DNA of 64,000 bases from Lytechinus pictus (lineage: Eukaryota). The stretch lies in NCBI RefSeq assembly GCF_037042905.1, contig NC_087250.1:13022001-13086000 (forward strand), in the 5' to 3' direction. This document shows positions 10,733 to 22,700 of this stretch, piece by piece. Position 1 is the first letter of the stretch. The number at the start of each line of letters is the position of its first letter. The notes beneath the pieces were generated by a model, which did no database searches, was not told the origin of the DNA, and saw only the letters and a list, made by a program, of their open reading frames with translations. Position numbers and translations under genes: made by a program.

Positions 10733-13700
10733 GTAAGCTTCATAATTGTTATCAATAATTCATTTTAATAAATATTTTGAAAATAAACTATTTTATCAAG
10801 ATAGCGATATAAATCAAAACCATTGTTAATAATAATTTTAACTCCGTCATCGATATATAGGCCTTTCGAACATCTTGTTTTTAAAACAAAAAAGATATTG
10901 GCTATTGCATTCAAAGTTAGTTTAACCTTATAGATTTGCTGTACGTAAATTGAAAAAAAAAAGGAAAAATTTAACGAAACGCACTTAAAAAACCCACATG
11001 AAATATGAAAAATTGGACGCCCCATTTAAAACACGTGGTACCAGTCGCCGCGTGGTCATCTACGGACAGTGAACGCCCCTAGATGCATAATGGATAAATT
11101 TAAAGGACATAGCCACGTGATCAGTGCGTGGCGGGTGCAAAAATTTAGATTAGAACCTTTTGTGTGTTATAATCACACGCATGAACTATGCATGTGGCCG
11201 TGAGGCCTACGTGGGATATGAATTATTCATAAATTGAGTTGGAAGCTGAAATACGCATGCGCTTGCTGCAGAGCCAGAGTTAACGTCCTCGATTTTTTTA
11301 ACCTCATCCCTTTTACGTTTTAATATGTTTCTTCGTTGCGTTGTACTTAAGTTGAAATTATTGCTTTTAAGAAATTAAACCCTTTGCACGCTGAATAATA
11401 ATAATTTTTTTTAGGGGGGGGGGTGGAATTGTTTCCATGTTATTTTCTTTAAATAAAAATGTCCATATTGTACCATTGATGCCAATGATTAGTATGAGAT
11501 TATTGATTATTACGATTGTTGAATTTAATTGTACGAATGTGCAAATGATATTGGTTTTATGAAGAAATGGTGGTGCAATTTTATCTTGTTTAAAACTTTA
11601 GCACAGAATGATGTATTTTCAGTAAATATTTTTTTTAATCCAGCCCAGAAACTCGTTATTTAAATTCAAACTTTGTTTCATTAAACATTTTGAATATCTT
11701 CACAATTTAATTATATATTTAGACAATTTCTAATGCTAGTTTGGTAAAGGAGCCCTTAATGCAATTTATAATTCATCATTTAAATATTACAAAAGTGTAC
11801 TAGTCATTAGTTTGAGTTTGATACTTTTCTTCAGTAATTTGTTTTTCATTTTTGGTCTGATATTTTCATTCTTTGTATTATTATTGCTGATCATATGTTA
11901 TTTCTTTTATTTCGTTTATTGTACTTCCGACTCACTGGACATGCGATATACAGCAGCCACGGTGCTGATTGTTATTATTCTGTATGAATAAATATAAATA
12001 AAATTGAATAAGTAGATTATATAATTTTAATCTCCGGCCCCCTCTCGGCAATGTTTTGATTATTTACATAGGCCCTATATATTTTTAACAAAGCCATTTG
12101 AACTCTTACAGATTCAGTGGTCAAAATGAGAAAGCTAGTGGCAACAGTACAATATATCCTTGATTTTTCAGTGCATTTAATGCTAAGTTTTATGTAAATG
12201 TAAATAAAAAAGGCGTGAATACGCATATTAACAGAAATATTCATCGGACGCCTGTTCGAATTTATGAAATGTTGAGGTACTCGGTAATCCACGCAATAGA
12301 ACGGTTTTCCCCTTTTTTTTCCAGGGGGGGGGGGGGTCATACACAATAACCGTTTTATATATTATATAATATATATATATCTTTGATTTATGTTTTATAT
12401 ATATATATATATATAAATGTATTTTATATATATACAATTTCGGGGCTAATTAATATTTAGAGCCAAGTATTAAATTAATTGGGATCAGGTGTGTCAGACT
12501 AGGAGTCATAATTTTAGGTACCAGATATAATGTAGATATGCCGTTATGGGGAAATCTTTCCAAAAACAGAGCTGCGAGTGAGAATTGTTTTAACTATTTA
12601 CATTAATACGATCTAATTTTGTGATAGATTTTGACATAATATTTTCCTCAGAAAAGAATGTTATCTGTAACCATATCTGTCCTTTCACATTTTCTTTTTT
12701 TCCTTTTTTAATTGGTCGTAAAACTACTTTATTTTGTCTTGTCCCCCTCCTCGATCTGTACGCCAGTAATTAGGGAAGTGACATGCACTTCTGAAGCCGG
12801 GATCTACCCCCCCCCCTCCCCTTAAAATAATGGATTTCAAACCTGTAGGAACTAGGAACTGACTTCATTTTAATCTGATTATTTTATTTCAGCCCTACGA
12901 AATATATAAACTATACTATATATGTCAACTGAAATGATTTACCCGTCCGAATCATTCGAGAGTTTGCAGGAGTGAATTTAGTACTCCGTTAGCTGATATT
13001 AAACTCATCTTTCCATCTAGGCGTTTTTCATCAAATGTGGAAGTATGCTGAGATCATGACGTCTTCCCAACCAACCATCGATGAGTTAAGACCAATTGCA
13101 TTAACATCATTTTTTGCGAAGATTGTGGAAACATCTATATGCAAAATGGCTTTGGGAAGATATTTCGAACAGATCGAATTGATCAAAATCAGAACGGAAA
13201 CAGAAATCGAATATCTGCATGTCACTATTTGATTTGCTAGTAGGTCCATGGTTACATGAATTGTTTAGGAATGCTGATAAACCTAAGTCAATATCAACCA
13301 ACTGATTGATTTTCGAAAGCTTTCCGATCGGATAAATCACAATATTCTTTTTGCTAAAGTTATGTGAAATGCATGTTCGACCTTGTGTTATACCAAATAG
13401 CAGATTTCTTAAGTGCTTTGTCATACTTTGAAATAGATGAAGTACCATGGTAGAGTGTAGAATGAATAATCAAACTTCACATACAAATCAATTGCATCAA
13501 AATGTTATACAAATAAGTCAATTTCATTTTTCAAAGCAAATTACCTCTTCAACCGCAATTGATATTAATAACACCCCCATTACAATGTAAAGTTCTAGGA
13601 ATTACAGTTCAGAATGATTTAAAGTGGAATTTTATGTTACCGAAATGATGAAAAAAGGCAACAGATAGTTATACATGCTAAAAAGATTGAAAGCTTACAA

Positions 13701-16700
13701 TCTAACTTAATGTGATTTGTTGACAGTGTATATCATGGTATATGGCTATGTAAGGCCAGTCCTGTGTACCTATTTTCGTTGCTTCTCTTACCTTGAAACA
13801 GATAAGTTATTTAAACTGTCAAGAAAATATAGCATGCAAGATAATATTATTTTCGCTTTGAAATTAGAAATTAATGAATTGTACAAAACGCTCTCAACTT
13901 AGGACATAATAAATGAATTTGAGGAGATTCCATGTAAAACAAAAAGATTTCAGAACAGCTAGTGCTCTTCTAAGTCTGACAAGATTATTAAATATGTACC
14001 ATTAAAGTTTGCAATTAGTGTGATGAATGTGCATTATTGTTATCTATCATTTAATTTTAAAATCCATTTTAACTCCATTTTTAATTGCACATATGTAATT
14101 TTAATTTGTATATTAATTGTTAATCTTATGATAATTTTGATTATTTTTATATATTGGCATTGTGTAAATTCTCATAAAACAAAGTTAAAAAAAGTTCTCG
14201 CCATAAAGCAGCGTCACCGGTCGCCGAGCGGTATCTACAGAGACGCCCCTTGATGAATAAACATTGTGCAAAAAATGGGAGAGCCCGAAAGAGAATTCAC
14301 TACCAGTCCATGAAACGCCCCCTAATGAATATGCCATTGCGTGTCGGGTGCAGAAAATGGGGGAAGCCCGAAATTGTGCATTTATAATTTTATATTGATC
14401 TCTTGTGTTTACAATGTTTGCTATCGTCATTGTAAATGGCTACAGTCTATACTCGATCGTGTTTTGTAATGACCGTAACAAAATTCATGTCCCATATCAC
14501 CTTTTTTGCTGCAGTGTTCTGACAATTTCGTAAACGATCTGTTTAACGCCCTTAATGTTGACCCGGAGTATGGCCTCAGTGAAGATGTATTCAAAAAAGC
14601 AGCACCGCTCTTGCTCTATGCTCTGTACAACTTCGATGCCCTGTGCGCCGCCGGGCCTGGCGGGACAAATCTTGATGAGGAGGTGGTGTACGGGAAGCTT
14701 ATGTCTGCTGACGTAAGTGGGACGAATTCTACCTTTTCTGAAGGGGACCTGGAAGAAATCTTACATTCGATTAGTGAAGATTACACGGCTACAACCCAAG
14801 CAAAGGTAAAATGAAGTTTTAACTTAGAATCTTAAGCCGTGGGCATGGTGGGCGTGGTTAAACTAATTATAGTTTATACTAACACTAACAGTACTATTAT
14901 TCTAAACGTAACTATATCTAGTAGTATAGTCTACTAACGTTAAAGCCAAGTCCTTTTGAAGCATGGAGACGGATCTAAAAGTAAAATTATGCAATTTTGC
15001 TGTTGCCTTTTTTTATACAGTAACATTGTTAACATTTTATATATGCAAGATTGTGTATTATCTTATCGATGATCAAGGATTATTATTATGATTATTGTAT
15101 TATTTTATTGTTATCATTTATTACTATTTTTATCATCATTTATTGTTATAATCATCATTAAAAGTTTTGTGTGCTATGATATTATTATGAATCTCAAGAT
15201 CAGGAATTTGATGTTATAAATAAGTTTCGGGATACATTTCAAGATTTCAAAATAATTCAAAAGTTAGTTCAAACTGCAAAGTAGTTTTGGGAAAAGTTTT
15301 AAGTCTTTTCAATGATTTAATGCTTGTCATGAGATGTGGCTTACATTTGCTCATTTTTTTTCAGTGTTTCGATGCCACATCAGTCTTTTCCGCTACAGTG
15401 GAAAACCATGAAGCCGGGGCGAGCCATTGTGAGGTCAGCGCTGTCTCTGGAAACGTTATCTCAAGGATGTTAGAGGGATACTGTATCGGCGAGGCAAGCT
15501 TACCATCTACCGACGACTTCACGGATGTTGTTTTCGATTCCTATGGTACAGATGGAGTTATTCACAAAGAAGGTAACTTTAATACATATTAGTACTAATT
15601 TTACTTCTAATAATTAATCGATTCTGATGCTAATATTACTACTACTTATAGTAATGTATAATAATGATAGTATAACCGGTAATAATGATAATAATAATGA
15701 TACTTCTACTTCTACTACTCCTAATATTGATGATACTTATAATTATAATAATAATAACCAAATAAACAAAACATAAAAATATATAAACTATAACGGTAGA
15801 TATGGATGATAGAACCAAATTATTGTAAATAATAATGACAACAAGAGTGATCTTTAGATGATAATTGTAGGCTGTTCTTTTTTATTATTTGCCATTATTT
15901 GTGGAGGCGTCATGGCGTACTTGGTTCAGTCACTTGACTCTTAAAGAGTTTGAAACTTTATAGTTTCCCTATAACTTAAAGTGTTGTCAATTTGTTTTGA
16001 TATCAATATGTTACAAACAAAGAAAAAGAAATTTACCTAAAAAGAAAGAGAGAGAAAAAAAAAGACAGAGATGAGGGAGGACTGACAAAAGTAAAGAGGA
16101 ACATATAGGCCCACACTATTCATATTACAACAGTGCTGACTCTGGGGTGCTCATTCAACACCCATCCATTGGTTTTATTACAACACCTTTTGTTATTTTT
16201 ACAATGTGTATTGTTATATTAAATCTCTAGGGTTTAATTTTAACACCTCAGAGTGTCATCCTCTAGGGACACCATCAGGTGTCATCAAACACCCCAGTTT
16301 TCAGTTTAAATCTATGTTGTCTTTCAGAATTCAATCAGTTACTTTCGGAACTTGGTATCGGGGGCTCCGCGGAATACAACGCTGGTGCTGTCCAAACTGA
16401 AGCCCCAGTTGTCATAGGTGACGGCGACCTCAATCGTCGTCGAAGAAGAAACGTGCTGGTGGCAGCGGTGGGATATAAACATCGTGTGGAGCGCTCTGTG
16501 GGTGCATCATCCAATAATGCATCATCCGTAAATATGAACGTGTCTGAAGTAAGTGCATATTTGCTATTTAGTCGAGTCAGGGTATGATTTTTTTTTTTTT
16601 TTTTTGGGGGGGGGGGCTTTCTTTTTCCACACTAGGGCAATTGCAGAATTTTGGGGGCCTTTTTTCTTTTGTTGTAAAGGCTACTTTTTAAGAGCAATTA

Positions 16701-19700
16701 GCAACTTATGCAGTAAAATGAAACATCAATACTATGATACTGCCATTGATTTTTCAAATAAGTTTGAGTATTGTTTGTAAAAGATCTTGGGGCGACTCTA
16801 GAAAGAATGGTCGCCCCCAAAGCATGCATTTCAGGGGCGATTTTGGCTGTCACGAGGGCAAAATCGCCTGTCGCCCTCATGTAATTCCTATGCTGAGTCG
16901 ATCACCCGGGGGGGGGGGGGGGGGCTGCGGTAACTTCACCTTGCGTTCTCGATTAATTGTACAGGTATAGTCTTACAAACATACTGGACATCAAAGAAAG
17001 AGGGGTATAGTTTGTGTTATCCTATTTTACCCTATAATTCAATTGAGAGAGAGAAGAAAATAAAGCTCATCTCCCCCCATAAAAATATCCCAACATTGCC
17101 TCTGCAGTGGTTGATTATTGATATAAAATTCACTAACATAATGAAGACAGAAGAAAGAAACATCATGCAATTGAATGACATCACATAATGTATTGAATTA
17201 TTATTACCTATTTCATGGAATTAAAGTAACACATCAAAAGTTTATATCATAGTACATCAACACTTTCTGTAGGTTATGTCCAAGTGATAGCCCTAGCTGG
17301 AGCAGCAAGATTATGCATAATTAGCTGTTTTGATTTACTAATCCGTCAATGTATTTCTACCAACCAGACATGCTACACGGGGGCGGAACTCCTAGACATT
17401 CACGGGATCGACCATGGGTCTGGTCTTACCGAGTCCCAGTATATGCAGTTGTGTCCGTCCTTGATCCAACAGACCCTATCGGGCGTGTGCAGCCAAAATG
17501 AAAATCAGACCCCAACTAGTACGATTACAAATGCAGAGAGTAAGTAATGCAATATATCAACAGTTGAAGTGATTACGGTATTGAAGGCGACACGAGTGGG
17601 TACCCAGCAGGATTAATTCCTTGAATGCACTGAGCAGTGGAAAGCAGCTGGTAATAATGATAACAACAATGCGCCTCAGAATAGATTATTTCTAGATAGA
17701 CGGCGCTGTATAAATGCCCTAGGCCTATCATTTTCTTATACCAACATTCACTATCAAATATATCTTCATTATTGAGTGGGCCCACATCGCATATGAGTAA
17801 TAATGATGATATTAATACAAAAAGCAATTGGTAATTGGAGCTAATACAAAAGAACATTCATTTGCTTATCAAATAAATGATGACATCATCATAGTTTAAA
17901 CATTGATTCGAAGCAGTTCACAATATAAGGTATATCACAACATCACACTATCAAGTAATGATTATCTTTCTTAAGAAAAGAATGACAATGATATGATAAT
18001 CCTGGTTTCTCGAATCAATAATGGTGATACTATTACAAATAACTCTAATAAAGCTTTCCTTATTAAAGTAGTTTTGACAACTCTCTGCAAAATGACCTAA
18101 AATCCGTTTTTGTCATGTTAAGGATAGTACTCCATTAGGTATTTGTTTTGAAAAAGATGTAAGATTGCCTGGTACATACATACCATTCTGTGATATTCAA
18201 CTGTAATATATATATATTTTTTCAGTTTGGATTTATGGAAACCTAGCTGTCATCACCATTAGCCTTCTTTCAGTTGTCGGGGCATTGTTTGTCCCCTGCA
18301 TGTCTGGTTTTGTGTACGAGTGTGCAACACAGACGATGATGGCCCTTGCCGTATCAACACTTACTGGGGATGCCTTGATGCATCTGATACCACAGGTAAT
18401 TAATAGTCTGCAACCAAAGACTCAAATCTGACACTCAAAGGGGAAGTTCACCCGGACTAAAAGTTTGTAAAAATAGCAAAAAATATAATAAAAGATATTG
18501 GTGAAGGTTGGAGGAAAATCCATTTAAGTTTTTAAAAGTTATTAGAATTTTTTTTTTTTTTTGTGACATCATGCAAGCAGCTTTCCATGTATCATGAATT
18601 TAAAAATATCGATGAAATGTAATTTTCTAAAAAATTATTTATTTTATCTGCTTTTTTTACTATAAACATTTTGACAGTGTGAACTTCCCCTTTAAAACAA
18701 TTTCTAATTTGTCAAGAGTGGAGATTGTATTCTCTGTACTGTACAGAAAAGTTTCAGATGATATCATAGCAGAGGACATAAAATAAGGAAACATGCATTA
18801 AACCTTTAAACCCTTTAAAGAAAAGGACCTGTCCCTGTTTTATACACAAAGTTTTACTGTTTGTCCTCAAACATGTCAGCATTTATGAAGGCACAACTCT
18901 TATGGTTTGATTTTAACTTTGGTTTAACCCTTAAGAATGAAAAAAAAAAATACATAGGAAATTAATTATGTTCCGGCATTTTTTTTGTAGGTATTTGTGA
19001 AATGTAAGAATTGATATTTTCAATAAAACTTAGCATTCTACTACATGTAACTTATAACCATTTGGTCTAATCCTCATTTCCTTTCATTCATTTCACCCAA
19101 TCGACAATTATTTCCAATAATACCAATCACTATTTCGTCTATGACCATCGTCTCATAACCAGTTGGTCTAATATCCATTTCATTTTCATTCATTTTGCAC
19201 AATTAGCATTAAGTTCAATTAGACCAAATATGGACTAAATGGCGATTGGACCAACTGGTTATGAGACAAAATGGTGAGTGGACGAAATGGCAATTAGACC
19301 CCGTGAATAGTGGACGAACTAATAGTAGACCAAATGATAGTAGATGAGTTGGTAATTGGATGTATTTGCATTGAACCAAATAAGCCAGTTCGTAGTTCCT
19401 TTTTGCGCATGATCAGAGGAAGGTCATTTGTACTAAAGTGACATGGTGGTTTAAAATCTAATGAGATAAGCACCAACTTTGGTGTCTTGATTATTCATAT
19501 ATTCTTTTCAATTGTGTTTTTCATTTGCATCCACAAAGAACAAAAATGCGTCCACGACTGGTATTTCACTGCAGTTTGTCAAGGACATTGTACAACATGC
19601 TATAGTATGCATTCAAAGTAGAAATGCGACAAATACCTTCATGGAGTCTTCAATGGTGTGCTATTCTGGTCACCTGGTATAATTCAATTTCTTCATCCTG

Positions 19701-22700
19701 CTATGTAAGGCATGCATATGTTATATCCTGCTTTGAAATCTGCCTATCATAATGAAATAAATGAAAGGTCATTTGACCAAAATTGTCCCTGATGTAACTA
19801 CGAACTGGTCTATTGAAAATAAACCATTAATCAATTGATCTTTTCCCAGGCTATCGGACTACATGCTCATGGTCATCATAACCATGCCTTCCAAGGCCCA
19901 CTCAATCCTGAGCTAGCCTATGTATGGAAATGCCTTGTCATAGAACTTGCCATCTATTTCTTCTTTCTTCTGGAGAGGTTCTCTGCTATTACTGGCGTAA
20001 GTATATAAATAACTGGGCCCTGTATTACAAAGAGTTACGATTGATCCAATCCATCTCAACTGTATGGAAATCCATCCATGCCATAATTTTCTCTACAGGA
20101 AATTTGTAATTAGTAAACAAAGAGAACTGAATATATATAATATATAGAAAATATTTTGATCAAACATGCATCTTAGATATTGATGTTGCTGGCCATCCAT
20201 AGTTGTGGTTTAGCGAATCAATCGCAACTCTTTGTAAGACACGGCCCAGGTCTATTTTCTAAAGTGAGCAAGGACCATAGAATGACTATGAAAGTGTGTA
20301 TATTACTGTGAGGGGGTATGTTAAGTTAGGCCAAACAACTCGACTTTAAGATATTTCATCCCCCCCCCTCCAAATATTTTTGTTTATTATTATTATTTGT
20401 TCTTTATATTGTATTTATATAATTTCATTATTGATTGTTATTTTTTTTATTTGTATTGTTTTTGTTTTCTTTCATGCTATCCTTTTTGTGGATTTATCTA
20501 TTTAATTAGCTTTATAGTAATCATTGTTTTTAATTTCTATTTTTTATAGTCTTTCAATTGTTTTAGTCCCCCACTAGTAATTTCATATTTTTAGCAAGTA
20601 GTTAGGATCATGGTTATCTATTAGTTATTCTAAGAATATAACAGTATTATGGAACTAAGTTGGTCCTTCATTCAAACAGATTTTATCATCATGTCATAGT
20701 ACACACATACAGCTGTTAATGTGTTAACTTCATCATATTTGCGTAAAATTTATGATTTGTTTTCATGTTCTGATTTTGTAAATTTTGTGAATTTGCATTA
20801 AGGAGTTCCTCAGGGTTCCATATAAGGACCTATACCATGAAAATTTTCTATGAAAGAAAAGAAGACCAACATATTTTTTGTGTGTTTTCCTCCTACTAGT
20901 ACACACATACAGCTGTTAATGTGTTTGGTTTATCATATTTGTGTAAAATTAATTATTTTTTGGGGTAAATTTTGTGAATTTGCGATACAGAGTTCTTCAG
21001 GGTTCCTTATTAGGACCTCTACTATAAACAATTTCTAGGAATATGTGTTTTTTTCCTACTATAGTGTGGTCATTCCCACTTGCGAGACCATGGACAGGCC
21101 CATTACCTCGACCATGACGCAGGCATGGGAATGGATTCGGTCAAGACTCCTATGAAGTCGTGTCAAGGGTCCGCAAAAGTGTTTGACTCCTCCAAAAGTC
21201 TGGTAAGAACACACTAGGTGCCTCTCAAATGGGTTCCATCACATTTGCTCCGGCGACAATTGCTCCGCTGTAAATCCCACACAATAATGGAAAATACCAA
21301 ATTCAATCCTGGATTGACATCATACCCTTACCCTAAACGTACTTTCATTTAGTCTGATGCCATTCCGTCTTTTCGGTCTAACAACCATTTGGTCCACTAA
21401 CCATTTGGTTCAATCATCACTTCGTCAAATAACCATTTCGTCTGTAATCATCGTCTTATAAACCAGTTGGTTGAATATCCATTTCATTTTCATTCAGTTT
21501 GCACAATTAGCATTGAGTACAATTAGACCAAATGGTATATGGACTAAATGGCTATTGGACCAACTGGTTATTAGATGACATGGCGAGTGGACGAATCGGC
21601 AATTAGACCATGTCGATAGTGGACTAACTGATGGTAGACCAAATGATAGTAGACGAGTTGGCAATTAGATGAGACAAATTGGAAATAAACCCACCTAACA
21701 TTAGACCCTACCGCAACCCTAACCCAACTCCATATCTTAGATCAAATAAAGCCAGGAGCAATTGTCCCCAGAGCAAATGTTGTCTCACCCTCATATCCTC
21801 CCCTTTTATATCCTAAGTAGTATTTGATTAAATATTGATAAGTTCAGTCATATATATTCATTTGATTTTGTTTTTGTGTATTTTCCAAACTGAAACGACA
21901 TTGAATCATGATGATTTTAATTCCTGCGCTGCTAAGAATATCGCACTGTCACGGTTTGTCAAGATGAATGGGGATATGGAGGGAAGGGGTGCATTTGCGA
22001 TAAATTGAAAAAAAAAAATTATTATTAAAACATGCAGAATGATAATGAAAAAGACGTAGTTCCTAAAATTTAGTACGATTTATGATTAGTTTACGGGACA
22101 AAATATAAAATGATCATGGCAAGTGGAATAGTATGGAATTTTCCAAAGGCTAAATTACGTGCACATGGTACTATGTCCGTAATGTGAGCTTGTTCGACTG
22201 CTTAAGTGGTTTTCAATAATCCCAAGTCTTAGTCTCAAGATTCCTAAACCCAAATAACAATAATAATGAAAGCTGAATTTATAAAGCGCTTTTTGCCCGA
22301 GGATACAATACAAAGCACTACTATTGTTACCCCGGCCTTAGCTGTGCTGCCAGGTAGGCACTGAAGCATTCAAGGAATTTCTTCATACCAGGAATTCATT
22401 CACCTCACCTGGATCGAGTGCAGCACAATGTTGGTAAAGTTATTGCTGAAGGAAAACAGGTCATGGCTGGGGAATCGGACCCACATCGCTCAGATGGAAA
22501 TATGAGAGTCATAACCACTAAACCATGATGCCCCCATGATAAATAACCATTCTCCATCATGCTATATGAAATCATGTGCACAGAGTGGGTGATGTAAAGA
22601 AAAGATATCCTCACAGTGAGAAGAGTGATTTCTCAAATAATGTTGAAATTTTATTTTTGCAGGTGAAAGTTGAAAATGGCCTGGAAGAGAAGAATCGCTG

